From positions 8,781,888 to 8,845,887 of the forward strand of contig NC_092676.1 in NCBI RefSeq assembly GCF_964355755.1: DNA of 64,000 bases. Direction: 5' to 3'. Positions 26,323 to 40,176 of this stretch are shown in pieces; position 1 is the first letter of the stretch; each line of letters begins with the position of its first letter. Under the pieces are notes generated by a model. The model searched no databases. It had not been told where the DNA came from and saw nothing but the letters and a program-made list of their open reading frames with translations. A program made the position numbers and the translations under genes. This stretch comes from Antedon mediterranea. Lineage: Eukaryota; Animalia; Echinodermata.

Positions 26323-26523
26323 ATTATAATATAAATCCTCTGAACAGGATGATGAAAGTTCGAGGAGAACGACCCGACAAGTTTGCCCTTTTAGGTTACC
26401 TTCCATTTTACTATTCATTATTACAGCGTAAGATCTACACGTATAAATCCAGGTTAAAGAAACATTCCCATATACGTGTTTATCTATTGCATATTACATA
26501 AAGACATTTATCTTGTGATTAAT

Positions 26524-28471
26524 GGGTACCGTTCAGACTTATGGTTATTTACCCGGGTAAGTTGGTTCCTACCAACCAAAGTTAGTGATAAATGTTCCCA
26601 CGAATCCAACTTATCCGTTATGGCGCGCTATTTACCCGGATATATTGGTTCCTACCAACCAAAGTTAGCGATAAATGTTCCCACGAATACAACTTACCCG
26701 TTAAGGCGCGCTATTTACCCGGGTAAGTTGGTTCCTACCAACCAAAGTGAGCGATAATTGTTCCCACGAATCCAACTTACCCGTTAAGGCGCGCTATTTA
26801 CCCGGGTAAGTTAGTGACAATCCACCAAAGTTAGCAATAGCTAGCTGTTACGACGAAACCAACTGACTCTATTTCCACGTCCTATTTCTGTTCTTCCTCT
26901 CTGCTCTAAAATTCTCGAAAAAGCTATCCATTCTCAACTCTACTACTACCTAAACACAATAATCTTCTTTCTGACCAACAATCAGGTTTTCGACCCGGCC
27001 ACTCTACCCTTACCGCCCTTATTAATACCCATGACTCCTGGCTTCAACACATCAATAATGGAAACCTTATCGGCACCGTCTTCATCATCGACCTTCGCAA
27101 GGCCTTCGACACCATCAACCACTCTATCCTCCTTAATAAGCTTCCTTTCTTTGACCTTTCCCCCAATTCTATCCTTTGGTTCGATTCTCCTTTCTTCTCG
27201 CTTCCAACGTGTTTCCTTCAACTCTTCTGTCTATTCTCTTCTTTCTATTCATACTGGTATCCCTCAAGGTACTATTCTTGGTCCTCTTCTCTTTTCTATT
27301 TATATCAATGATCTCCATAACTGCTTAATATACTTGCTCTGCTAATATGTTTGCTGACGACACTATTATTTTCACTGCTAACAAGTCCTCCGCCCTTATG
27401 CAACAAAACATAAATACCAACTTAAACCATCTCTACTCCTGGCTATCTGCTAACAAATTATATATCAACGTCAAAAAAACTAAGTCTATGCTCATTGGAA
27501 CATCACAAAAACTTAGACGGAGTCCTAACATTAAACTCACTGTCAATCACCAGCCCATCGACAATGTCACTTGCGTTAAGCACCTTTGAGTATTAATCGA
27601 CAACACCCTTACCTGGAACAACCATATCTCCCACCTTTGCAATAAACTTAACTCTTCTATTTTCCTTCTCTCCCGCACTAGATGTTTCCTTATTTTTTCC
27701 ACTGCCCTTCTTCTTTACAACTCTTTATTCTTACCCCACATCGATTACTGTATCACGGTGTGGGGCTAAAGGCCTAGTTACATCTCTAAGATTCAGAAAC
27801 TTCAAAATAGAGCTCTCCGAACTATTCTCCAAGTTCCTTACACTACTCTTTCCCGTCAACTCTTTAACACCATTTCTACTCTTACCGTTTCTCAACGTGC
27901 TGACTATCAAATGGGCTGTCTTGCCTATCAAGCCTCTAACAATCTCGCCCCAACTAACATCTGGCGTGGGCTTGCCAGAATTACTGCCAATGAAAGAATG
28001 GCTACCCGGCAACTTTCCAGGGGTGATCTCGTTGTTCCAAGACCTCAGTGTGAACTTTTTAAACATTCTTTTAATTATAAACGACCTACATATTTTAACT
28101 CGTTAAACGTTTCTATTAGAAATTGCAATACCTTTTTAAATTTTAAAAGTAAATTAAAGAATGTTATGCTTAATAATAACACTTTTTAAATGTTTATCTT
28201 CCTCACCTTTTACTTTTTTGCCTTTCTATTTACATTTTTATATTTATTCTTTTTTTCAATTTTAACTATTGTAATATATTTTTGATTTTTATGTTTTATG
28301 TCGTATTGTAAACATAGTATAAATGGCCCGTTATTTACCAGAGTAAGTTAGTGACTTACCCACCAAAATTAGCGATAATTGACCCATGCAACCAATTGAC
28401 TCGTGTAAATAACTATATGGACCCGTTAAGGCCCGTTATTTACCCGGGTAAATAACTAAGCCTGGATCGGC
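26524..28471. mobile_element. TIR element with internal 83-bp tandem repeats, split by a LINE
   Basis: ACCCGG(G/A) recurs at 26551, 26634, 26717 and 26800 (83-bp period), and related units resume at 28321-28450. Ends CCGTTCAGACTTA..GTTATTTACCCGGG / CCCGGGTAAATAACTAAGCCTGGATCGG. Confidence 0.7.
26870..28320 (+). mobile_element. 5'-truncated CR1/L2-clade LINE (reverse transcriptase pseudogene)
   Basis: RPISVLPLCSKILEK, QSGFRPGHST, DLRKAFDTINH, GIPQGTILGPLLFSIYINDL and MFADDT motifs in order, with frameshifts and stops. The ORF ends at 28189, followed by a T-rich 3' UTR. Confidence 0.93.
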
Positions 28472-30260
28472 TATTGTAGATGATTACGTATGCTAAATCC
28501 GTTTTGGGTTATGGCTAATTACAGACCTGTAAGTGTGCCATACCTTTCCTTGTACCGTACACATACTAAGTTTTGGCTTAATTAAAATAAGACGTGATAT
28601 GAAATATAGACTTGTGTTTGGTTTTTAATAGCTACCGTACATAAACGACAAAGTATCTCATTAATAATGGAATATTGTAGTTTTGTCGCCGATTTAATTG
28701 AGACGCGTGCCCACTCGTGTAATCTCCTGGGAATCTTAGTTGAAACGGTGAATCGTTGGCCTGAGCCTTGAAGTGTATAATAACAATACACAGTGGACAG
28801 TGATTATCCGTTCACGTAGTGTAATTCAGATTATTCTAAAATAATCGTACAATTCGTCGAATAAACTTCCCCGAGCTTGGCATTGCGTTGTTCATTCGCC
28901 TACGAGAGCCCTTGATGTCCTCGCATGTTTGTTTATTTGGATGTTGTTATAACCTATAACCCGCATATTTGTGTCGATGAATCGAGCGAGGTAACGCACC
29001 CAATTCTGCAGCTGTCACTAGATAGAGTCTATCAGACTATTGCAAGTTATCTATAAAAGAGTTTGGCTGTATGGAGTGCTCTTTAAACACGATATCTCTG
29101 TCAGAAACAGAAAATGTATAACGTAATGTAAGACGTCCCATCAATAGCCAAATGCGAGCAATGGTCGTCGCAAATTCATACCTACAAACAAATTGATTTA
29201 CTCCAGAAATAGCAATGCGTACAGTATAATATAGATTCCCGCATTTAGATAGATAAGCGCATTTGTTTTCGTGAGCACATGTACTCCTAGTATCGCCTAA
29301 TGGAGTGGATTCAAGTATCCACATTTGGTTGAAATAGTGCGCAAGTGCGACATTTTTTTAGAATGGATTTGATAAATTGCAGAACATTTTTGTACGAGAA
29401 ATAATCTACATCCTCATTAGGATAACGCGTTCATCCTGGAGGCCCAACAATGTCGGAAACTCGTTGTACTCTTTATTTTATCTGCGACGTTTATTCGGTC
29501 ATTTACTGTAATTTAGCAAACAATGTACCTTTTTTAGAATATGTCTTACGGTAGAATTTACATTCTTGAGGCACGGTACTTAACTAAATTTAATTCACTG
29601 TATTCGATTCATGTCTGATCTAACGTGGGTAGCCTTCTTAAATCAATGGGTTCAAGTTATTCCGGTTCCAGTTATTCTCATACGTTACGGTAATGTCTTC
29701 GGTTGTGATTGGCCTAATGTATACGAAGAATACGGCGCCCAAAAGTGATTACATCATTTTGGATGCATCGGCTTTAGCAAATGATGCTATAATGAATCTC
29801 AATTTTTGAACGGTTATTTTCAGTTTACACTGATTTAACTGATGCGCGATAGTAAGGTTGTTTTTAAAACTATGCCATCTCCATATAAATAACCGATTCA
29901 CTGTTGAGATTGTATAATAATCTAACCACGGATTAGTTTTAATACGTTGGTGTCCTATACATTGTAAATCACATTTTATATACAATTTCAAGTATAGCAA
30001 TCCAAAACGGTGTGTATTGCGTATTTCCAGGTCATAATGATTCAAATGACGGCATTCCACAACATCATTTTCCCCGGAGATAAAAATGTACACTTTTGAA
30101 TTTTAGAAACATTACTTGAAATAAATCAACGAAGTTTTACAGTACCGGTACACTATTTATTTATTATGACAATAATAACATCATATTACATAAGAGGTGA
30201 TACAATACGTTATAAAATGCACTATATTGACACAATTCGTTACCATTGCTTCGCGTATAA

Positions 30261-30403
30261 AGTTTTGTCCACATTATCAAACTAGTTTGACAAAAAAAAG
30301 TTTGATGTGCCCAAATATGGTAGTGATATGACATCATTATGTCCATATATGGGCACATCACATTTTGTTGTCACATAAACTTTGATAGAGTGTAGACAGA
30401 GCT
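30261..30403. mobile_element. PIF/Harbinger-type MITE (family B)
   Basis: TAA-flanked, right TIR GTGTAGACAGAGCT. Shares the internal GATGTGCCCAAATATGGTAGTG with copies at 33393, 40177 and 43691. Confidence 0.75.
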
Positions 30404-30662
30404 TAACACGCGTGTAATCATTGTCGTTCACCAAAAATGGTGTGTTCTACCACACAAGGTATCATCAGAAGTAAGGGTATTTGGTGCTGCTAAACACGAG
30501 TACAGCTAGCAAATAAAACATTGAGGTTCACTTGAATATTTAAACTGTATATTTTAGAGACTTAGGCCTATATGTTAGAACTCATTGGAAAACATTTCAA
30601 ATTTAAAATTCTATCAAGAGACAAATTTAAAACAAACAAGTTTGACAAAAGCTACCTATTAA

Positions 30663-30990
30663 AGATGTATTTTCCCCCTGAAACATAATTAAACAATTTT
30701 GTTTATGCCATTTTAATGTCATATAATAGTTATCCACTTTGACCAAAAATTGAATCGAAAAAAAAAATATTTACCTGAAAGAAACTGAAATTTAGAGCAA
30801 AAAAATAGTCAAACTGGCTCCCAGCCAGTGGGTTTTTTATTGAATTTAACCTTTTATTTTGTCATTTTATATGAGAAAACATTTTTTTTTGTAGGGAATA
30901 ACTTTACAAACTAACTACAAAATAACCTATTCAAAGTCTGATTTAATTAGTCTTTCATTTTTTTAATGTTTTTGGGGGAACAATACATCT
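30663..30990. mobile_element. Kolobok-like MITE (second copy)
   Basis: TTAA|AGATGTA...TACATCT|TTAA. Inverted relative of 2479-2767. Confidence 0.65.
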
Positions 30991-31687
30991 TTAAGCAAAC
31001 ACTAGTAATGTTTACATCAATGTTAATGTTATTGATAACATTATATAATTATAATTATTGATATAATTATTATGCTACGAACTCGATCGTCTGCTACGAA
31101 CTCGATCGTCTGTCATTGTCGCCGTCATGTCGTAGGCCTAATACTATATATTACCCGACAAAATATTATTTATTCTTCAATGGTCAACTAAGCCCGTGTT
31201 TCCACAGTCATAACAACAATAATTGTTAATAATAATTATTAATTTTTTTAACCAATCTGATAATTAATTTTAAAATCACTAACGCAACGATTTGTCCGTC
31301 AAGACAAATGTTAAACATTATCGCATTTTATCAGATAATTATCTGATTTAAAGAAAATAACAATTATCGGTTAATTTTTTTTCGAGCGGAATCGGTTAAA
31401 CAACATTTTTCTACAAGAATTTATCGGTATTTTTTTATCTGCGGAAACACGGCTTATAGAACTACATTTACCGTCATCGTCGATTAAAGTCACTGTAATC
31501 GTCATTTTATTAAAATATATTAAATAGTTATATGAATAAAGTAAATTAAATACAGTATACACATCTAGTAATATTGATTGATCATCTCATTTACGACCGA
31601 ACCTATAGTTGCGATCAATGGTATCTTATTTTTCATTAAAAAAATTGTTTTCAACTTTAAAACAACGCAACAGAGTTTGTCATTAAA

Positions 31688-31801
31688 ACTTGGTCCCCAA
31701 TATAGACGCAACACAAGGACGTAGGCGCAACGTCACGACAAATGACGTCTATTAATCTATCGCTTGTGATTGGTCAAATCACTTGCGTTGCATAACCAAG
31801 C
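31688..31801. mobile_element. Degenerate Harbinger family A MITE
   Basis: CTTGGTCCCCA..GACGCAACACAAGGACGTA...GCTTGTGATTGGTCAAATCACTTGCGTTGC..AACCAAGC. Confidence 0.6.
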
Positions 31802-32444
31802 ACAATAAAAGCTCGTCTAAAACTTCAGATATATTAAATATAATAATATATTTTATATTATTATATATGTAATATATAATGTACAATTAATGACATTATA
31901 ATCTATATTCCTCATCCTTATAGTCTTATTTTAGAAAAATAGCACCTCTCAAAAGTTACGTTTCGCAATTACTTAAATTGAAAGTACGAAATAACTTATC
32001 TAAGATACAGCAAGCTATTCATTATTCCACAGTTGTATACTGACGCCTAATTTCCTTCTTACGCAAACGCACAGTATAAAAAACAAAGGTTTCTTTCGTT
32101 GGCACCAATACAACATAAATTGATCACATCGAACGAAGGTATGCAAAATAAATTATATCTAAGGTAAGACTACCATTACAGAATAATACAGTAGTTTGAT
32201 TCAGTCTCTTGGTTTGTTGTGTTTTTTTTCTTAACACGCAAATTCAGAGTATGTGAAAATTAACTCACAACAAACAAACAAATTTCGTTGGCGCCAGTAC
32301 TATGTAAATACTACTTAATATAATGGCCACCGAATTGACCAGATTGATTTTCTAAAAACCTTTTAAATTACAGTTTGTATTTCATATTGTTGTTTTACGT
32401 ATGTGTATGAGTAATTGAGCGCACACTTTTTATTCGTTGAGTTA

Positions 32445-32598
32445 TCGATTTGCGACGACCGACGACCAAAGTACTGTGCGCATGCGAGGATATTGGGACG
32501 GGTTCCTCACTTCTTACCGCGATGCTTTGATGGTTTCGCCCAGACGACAAACTACGACACATCGATAACTAGTTAGGTCGTCAGTCGTCGGAAATCGA
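32445..32598. repeat. Short inverted-repeat element
   Basis: TCGATTTGCGACGACCGACGACC ... GGTCGTCAGTCGTCGGAAATCGA. Confidence 0.5.
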
Positions 32599-33367
32599 AA
32601 TTTATCCCTCTATAGATAGGCGCTGCGTCGATCATGAATCAACGCGCAATTATGTTTCTTTTGTGCGCCGCCGCGATAGTAGGCCTTCACCGTCAACTAA
32701 CATTGATGAATCGAAACATTTATTGTACAGTTGTAATCGTTTTGTGATCTATTACGTCCGATTAATAACGTCATTTGATACTTCATGTGACATTAAGAAT
32801 TCTTAATTCGATAGACCAATTTAAACTAAATATGTGCGACATTTTCTTTGAGAATTTAATTAAAGTAATATATAGATTTAAAATATAGTTGAACGCAATG
32901 ATTAATGTTATTTATTTATTTTCTTATAATTTCCGTTTCTTGACTATTTTTTAATTTACGCGAACTCTTTTAGGAAAGAGAACGTAATAATGTTCGTTGT
33001 ACTACCGAATATTATATCAATGAGGTGACTCGAAAGGGGTATGGTTTTATCATTAAATGTTTGGAATTTGAATTTATTGATTGTTTTAAATGTTGTAGAG
33101 TTGAAATATACAGACACATTAGCAGGCGCCTAGTGCTAACATCGATTCAAATTGAATGATGCCTTTTAAAAAATTAGTTTACTATTTAGTAATTTATAAA
33201 ACGTATTTTTGTTCCAGTAGATCTAACAAAATAATGTTGAAATATATAGCTAATGTTTAAGTACAGTATAGAATATCTTATAATTATACATAATTGCATT
33301 TGCTGTTATTACACTTAGCCCTATTTTTATAGATTAAACAACACGTTTGTACTGTACGTTGTTCCTA

Positions 33368-33632
33368 AGCTTGGTTCCCACGAAAGGATTAAAGCTCTGT
33401 CTACACTATCAAACTAGTTTGACAAAAAAAAAAATGTGATATGCCCAAATATGGTAGTAGTGGTAAGATGTCATCGTGTCCATTACATGGACACATCACA
33501 TTTTTGTCACATAAATTCAGGTAGTGTAGACAAAGCTTTAAGACGCAACGCAAGCGAGTTGACAAGCGACAGTTCAAACAAACTCCAACGAACAATCCAT
33601 CGGTTGTGAGTGGTCAAATCACTGCTGTTGCG
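33368..33632. mobile_element. Harbinger family B MITE (33393-33537) nested in a family A MITE
   Basis: AGCTTGGTTCCCAC, then AGCTCTGTCTACACTATCAAACT...TAGTGTAGACAAAGCT, then family A sequence resumes (GACGCAACGCAAGC...GGTCAAATCACT). Confidence 0.75.
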
Positions 33633-34459
33633 CTTTTCGTTTCGACAAAATATACAGTACAGAACAACTCGAGATGTTAATTTAATTTTAGTGAACAAAT
33701 GTACAAAACGTTGGCGTACTGTTGCCGAAACGTGTCTAACCAAGTGTTGAAACGCATGGTTACTACAAAGAGACGCGTTCTCTTTTTGAGGGATGCCAAC
33801 CCCAGTTAAACGAGTGTCACGTCTAAATGTGTTTACATCCGTAGTCGTATCTAAATACGTCTTCGTTGATATTAGGCCGTCAGCCGTCATTGTCAATCAA
33901 CTCCAGCCTCTAATTGTTTTGTTATACTGTTTTCAAATAAATACGCTTAGGCCTATGTACATCTATTTACAAAACTACTTTCTATACAAGGTAAAAAACA
34001 AAATCATTCCAACTGCTTAATTGAAATTACACATATCCCTGGCATACTGTTATACATACCAATATATATCTTTAAATTCCATTAAACTGTCAATACAAAT
34101 AAGTTCGCACTCAGATAGATAGAATAGAACATAAGGTGATTCCACGTTAATACACTATATAATATTTATAAACTATATAATATTTTGTTGTGTTTATTAG
34201 AACGTATGAATTATGACTTACATGTATATGTATATGTATATATATATAACATAAGTTAATTTAATGTTTACAATGATTACAGCTATCAAAACTTTTATAG
34301 AAGGTAAATCACACTTCTTTCAAACTATTTTGCAATAGTGTTTAAAAATACACTTCTTCCTACCGTGTACACTTTGACAAGAGGGAGAGTGTATTCAAAA
34401 GGACCACACTGGTCTAAGATAGTTGCTTCAACCATGAAAAACAGTTGTTGCTGCATACT

Positions 34460-35563
34460 TTAACAGTCGTTGTTCTTGTACGGAGAATGGGCCTTCAGTT
34501 GTATGTACTCTTCTCCACATCGTTTTATTCGTCTCGTGCTCTCGTCTGATGAAATCTTCGTAACCGACGTACCTTCACGTTTCATCGTCGCCTTATAATC
34601 GTTCGCAGGTGGATGTTTAAAATGATTACAGCTTAAGTACATTAAAAAATATGCTCTGAAATTTTTGCTCATTAGACATAACGCGATTGGATTGATGGTG
34701 GAATTTAGTGACGCTAAAATAATCGCCGCCATTTGTAGATGTTCGTACGCGGCGGAATTCGCTTCATATTCTTCTTCAGTTATAAACTCGGATTTTAAAC
34801 TGTAGACAACGTATGGTAACCAGAGTACAGCAAATAGTAAAACGAGCACAAGTATAATCAATGCAAGCCTTTTTCGATCTTGAACCTGTCTTGACACCTG
34901 GCCATCTCCGGGCATTTGCTTTGAACTACGATACAAAATAAAGGCGATCCGTATGTAGAATACGCATAGCAGTAGTAATGGTACAACGTACATTAGCAAC
35001 ATGCGAATTGATTCGAAGACGCGTGCCTCGGTTGTATTATGTTCTATGTGGTAACATATGGCCATGTTATTCCCAAATTGCTCTAGATTCGTTAAAAAAA
35101 ACATAGACGATGCGGCGGTGATTGAGACCATCCATATAATAACAATGGTGACGGCCGTACGGAATCGTGACGCTTTGCGTTCCATGGGTTTAACGATCGC
35201 CTGGTAACGATCGACGCTTAGAGCCACTAGCGTAAAAATCGAAACGCCCATTGACATCAAATGAGAGAAGTTAATAAACACGCATCCCGTGTGACCTAGC
35301 GTGAAATTCCCGCCGTTTAGATCCACCATTGTATTGATTATCACGGATGAGAACAACATAAATAAATCTCCAAATGCCATGTTGCATATAAGTGCGTTCG
35401 GAATCGTTCGCATTGACGCGTTAGATAGAACAATAACCATTAGTAACGCGTTACCAATTATGCCTGTAATTCCGATCAGTAAATTAAATGACATGAGTGC
35501 TATTAGAGGTAACGTCATAGCTCCGCCGCCGTCAGGAGGAATTTCTGTTGCGTTTTCTTCCAT
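34460..35563 (-). CDS. Class A (rhodopsin-like) neuropeptide GPCR, bombesin/GRP/CCHamide/endothelin-receptor clade; single coding exon, ~367 aa
   Basis: Seven hydrophobic segments, with GN (TM1), NMAFGDL (TM2), SMGVSIFTLVALSVDRY (TM3), MPG...QVQDRKRLA (ICL3), FAVLWLP (TM6) and NSTINPIAL (TM7), plus an N-terminal NAT sequon. A splice acceptor (TTTTCTGTTATTTCAG) 14 nt upstream of the ATG at 35563 suggests MEENAT is the true start rather than 35650. Confidence 0.93.
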   Translation of the reverse strand: MEENATEIPPDGGGAMTLPLIALMSFNLLIGITGIIGNALLMVIVLSNASMRTIPNALICNMAFGDLFMLFSSVIINTMVDLNGGNFTLGHTGCVFINFSHLMSMGVSIFTLVALSVDRYQAIVKPMERKASRFRTAVTIVIIWMVSITAASSMFFLTNLEQFGNNMAICYHIEHNTTEARVFESIRMLLMYVVPLLLLCVFYIRIAFILYRSSKQMPGDGQVSRQVQDRKRLALIILVLVLLFAVLWLPYVVYSLKSEFITEEEYEANSAAYEHLQMAAIILASLNSTINPIALCLMSKNFRAYFLMYLSCNHFKHPPANDYKATMKREGTSVTKISSDESTRRIKRCGEEYIQLKAHSPYKNNDC

Positions 35564-36809
35564 TTGTGCTGCTTGTTCTGAAATAACAGAAAACTTGGAG
35601 TAAAATAACATGGTTTTAGAAGCATTACGGTAAGTCACATAATACATCAAATTAATCGATCGTTTACGATTTTCTTATAAAAATTTTACCAGACGCGCTT
35701 TTAATTTAAATGATGAAAAGTTGATATCTTGTTAAAATTTACAGAATTTAGAAGTCTATAATAATAATAATTTATTTGGAAGCTACACTTTTGAAAGAGT
35801 GGCACACTTCTTGAATAAAGTTACGTCCAGAGTAAGTAAAATAAAAGTTACAGAAAAAAAATAATTTAATAATAGGTCTATTCACAAGGAAACTTAAACT
35901 AAATGATGTACAAGATATAAAAAATAACATTAACAATGGTAATACAGGATTTTAAAATCTTTTTCATTGTTGATTTCCCTTCTCTTTGTTTCATGCCCTT
36001 TTGGTGAATCCTTTACAAAATCTATTGAATGAATATTTGTATGAAAATTAAGTACAGTGAACCAAGTCTAAACCGTGTAACAATATTGCTTTTATTATAG
36101 CTTATCACACTTCACAATCACCTTTGATTAAAAGTAGTGTACACAAAAATATATCTTAATCAAGATAAGTGCTTCTGTTAATAACCAACACAATGCTGAT
36201 TAGTTTCAGTTTTAATTAACACAGCAAACATTTTAATTTGTAAACAAACTAATTTCTGCAATTATAACATATCTAAAGAACACAAATGGAAGTTCTATAG
36301 GTTCAAATACTATATATATCAATTTCTTTACTTGGAAATGAAATGTCATTTTCTAATGCCTGAAACATTCTAAGGCAAAAGCCTTAGAATAGAACGGGGG
36401 AGATTAGACTTTTAATATCGTTAGACCAGGGATCTTGGACAATCTACCTTTAAACATTAGACACTCACTCAACGCGCACTTGTTCCGGTGGCATTGCGTT
36501 CCGGTGCGCATTGATCGCTGGATTCGCGCAATACACATCATGAAATATTTAATATGTATTGACATTGGCTTTGAACTTTTTCCAGTTAAGCAAGACTTTC
36601 ACAAGATCTTATAACTTTAGTCAAGGCGAATTATATAGCATTTCATTTCCAGGTTCAAAGGGAGCCGGCTTCACTCACCCAATAATGCATGGCTTATGAT
36701 TAGTTCGCATAGCTTCAGATTTGATATACTGTAGGCCTACCGTTATAATTTGTAAATGACGCCATGAATAGATTAAATATATAGTATGAATTTTTATCTC
36801 GGAGTCGCC

Positions 36810-36950
36810 GTTTAAGTTGGTATATTACTCTTAATAAACAATTTGTTATAGCGCCGTAATCACCCTTTAAGTTGGTATATTACTCTTAAACAACTTTTTG
36901 ACAGCGCCCGGAGTCACCCGTTAAGTTGGTATATTACTACAGCGCCGTCA
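36810..36950. repeat. Three imperfect ~55-bp tandem repeats
   Basis: TTAAGTTGGTATATTACT repeated three times, each followed by AGCGCC. Confidence 0.7.
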
Positions 36951-39900
36951 TGATGTTTAAACTCCAAACGATTTGGTAAAATTTTGTCTTGAGATTAATT
37001 TTTTGTGACATCTTCCAATTTATACAAATAAATTACATCAAATACCATGGTTCAAAACTGTCATTATTATTGTATTTATACACGAAGCTGCCTCCGGCGT
37101 TCTTGCTTGTATAAGAATAGTAAATCCCTTACCCGTTAGTATTACGTTGGCGCTAACTGTATTTTGAAAGGTTAATGAGAGGAAGATTGTCATAATATCG
37201 ATCTTTAACTGAGTTTACTAAAGTCAACATTGTCTAAAGCCTGTTTTCCACTAGGCAAGATGTTCGCATGAATCGAACATTCCTAAGTTCTCTCTCATTG
37301 GTTGATCAATGTTCTCGTCATAACGGTAAGCGGAAATCTGAATACGTTCGCATTCGATTTGAGCGAATAAACATATTGTGGAAAGAACGAGTTGTTTCCC
37401 TCAGTATAGCACTTTTCATTCATTTATTTATCAACAGTTTAAGATTATTCAAACATCTAAATTGAATAATCAAAAATAAAAATAAATAAACTGATAGTGG
37501 CACAAACTAGAAGGAAGAGCCCTTTTTTACAATGACCCTATGGACCAAAAAAAACGAAAAGGTAATGCGTGGGCTTGGAAGTCAACTTTATTGTCAAAAT
37601 TAACATTTCGAGATATGATTTGTACCAAGTAGAATTCGTTGAAGTTTAGAACCAATTCCGTGTAAGTAAATCTTGTAACACCCCGTTCAAATGTATCACG
37701 TGAATGCAACAACGATTCAATGAACCCTCGAATTTCACTCGCGAGTATCTCGCGTGTAAACAATATTTTAACGGTACTTAAATGTTGCTAAAGTACTGTC
37801 GTATTCGTCATTTTAAATACTAAATCTGTTTAATACTGCAAGTTTAATCGTGAATGTTATCCCTCAATTTCATCCGCGAGTATCCCGAATTATACTGGTC
37901 ATATTAAATGCAAAATATATGTTAATACTCCAAGTTAAATCGTGCATAATTTTTCCATCGCGCGTTGTTGATGTTTGCTAAATTATTAGATCTTTTTCTT
38001 CAGATTAAATACTCAATCTGTTAATACTCCAAGTTTAATCATGAATGTTACCTCGCGAACTTGATCGCGAGTGTCCCGCGTGGTGTTGATATTTATCTTA
38101 TATAATCAATCTAGTAATACGCCTAGTCAGCAAAGCTTTGCAACTCTGATCAAACACACAATTTAAAAATTGTATTGACTCGGTATAATTACATTAGAAA
38201 TTCAGTCAATTTAAAGATTAGAACGGATTATTAAACATAGTTAATTTGTATGGTAATATTTGATAAATAATGGAATTCTTGATTATTTATGATTTTTGTT
38301 CAATTTTTATGACATCATTCAGTGAATCAACCAAAGCTGCATGGACCCGTTTCTACGAAAGTAGGAGAGAACGGATTTATACCGTATTTTGACATAACGT
38401 TATTTTCGTTGCAATAGAAACGAGTCCACATAACAAGAACCGATTTTAAATACGGTTTAAAAAACCCCATTTTGGTTCTGGTCTTACCAAGGCGATCATA
38501 GCCTTGGCTCTCACTATCAACCGACTGTAAAAACCGTTTCTGTGGAGTATATTTTAGCTGCAACGCGATCTTTTTTTGTAAAATCAATTTTTTTCTTTTG
38601 GGATTTGTCAATAGAAACAGGCCCTTGTTTATACGCATTATACTTTCTTATTGCGTGCTAGTTTTTCATATTTTATCGTTACTCTCAATAAAAAATATCT
38701 TATATTATTATTAATATATTATCCGAAAACTCGAGTGGTATTCTCTTTCTGGCTGTTTTACTTTATTGATTTGATTTAGCTTTTTGCTTATCTTATTTGT
38801 ATCTCCAGTGAGATCCAGCCGCTGATACCCACAACATTTTCATTTTTTTCATTAATTTACCTTTAGATTGTAGCATCATTAAGTATTTATTTATGCCGTT
38901 TTAAATCATGTTGAAGATACGTCTTTAATTATCATCGATCATATTGTTAAGTCTTAACGGTTTATTAAGAACTCCCATTAGACAGCTGATGCTACAACAA
39001 ACAAGAACTCTCGCCATGTCTATCTTGTTCATCCTTGATTTTCCAATTTTCCAGCTTGTCAATGTAGATTATTAAGTCGTGTAAATCGATCGTATCGTAC
39101 GGTTTATTTATTCCTAATCGTTACAAGTTCTTGTTTTATCATTTCACACCATTTGGAAAACGCTTTTGCTACAAATGTCGCTCCTACTACACACATCTGC
39201 GATTAAATCTGATTCACTTTAGAGTTTATCGATTCTAACAGCATTGCTATTGGAGTTTATATTCCTACGAATGCGTTCGATCTCAGCTGATACAATACTG
39301 TGAAATCAGAAGTATAATGAATGTTTAATTGTTTGGTGTAAATTAAGATAATAAAATAAACAAGATTAGAACAAAAATGTGTGAATTAAATTTGTAAATA
39401 TCTGCCAATTTAAATCTTTAAAATATCCCATCCCAAAATGTGAAATACCACTAAAATCACTATATTTCAAAGAGCGCTCTGCTACAGCAAAAAACGACTG
39501 TACTTTTACGTCTCCTACCGTGCCTATTCAAAATGTTTAAGCCACGTGTTTGTTTTAATCGTAGTTTTTTAATGGTTATTTATTAAATAATTAAGAATCA
39601 TTCAATATTCTACTGCAAAGATTGCACGATCACTATCATCGTAATGCGTGTAAAGCGATATAATTTAAATTATCATATTCTGGTACATTAAAATAGCTTA
39701 GGCCTAACTAATATCCGGTAATATATTAAATCCCTCACAAAAACCGAATTCAAATCTCGGACGTGAAACTAACAAAAGACAAGAAATTTCAGTGGATATT
39801 TGATCGAAATCTGTGAATGTGTTCGATAGAGTTACTTTAAGCAGGGAAGAATGACATTAATAAATTGTAATTTCACTCTGCTTCTTGGTTTAAGGGCTAT

Positions 39901-40176
39901 GGTAAAATCAGACCGGACTTTTGCCATTTATGAACATTCACGCGACACAAACACCGGATTTCTACTAGTGCTGTAACTCCACATAAATTGTCCATTTTCT
40001 ACTATCATAGGCACATTCCGTAGGTTAAGTTAAGGTCTATGATACAGGTTTTTACATTAATTATGCTGTATCACGGACTGATGCATGATACTAAGTAATA
40101 GATACGCTACCGAGGACCGACGAAGATAGGCGTACATTATAGTTATAATTAGTTTCTTGATTTTATTATAACGTTC

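Noticed and set aside
29037-30093. ORFs of 95 and 114 aa downstream of the GPCR (possible second receptor or pseudogene)
   Set aside because: No transmembrane pattern or GPCR motif in any frame I checked.
35301-35603. 100-aa plus-strand ORF
   Set aside because: Antisense shadow of the GPCR coding sequence.
35564-35650. N-terminal 29 aa of the 396-aa ORF (MMYYVTY...)
   Set aside because: It spans a polypyrimidine tract and AG acceptor, so it is most likely intron and UTR read in frame. MEENAT at 35563 is the better start.
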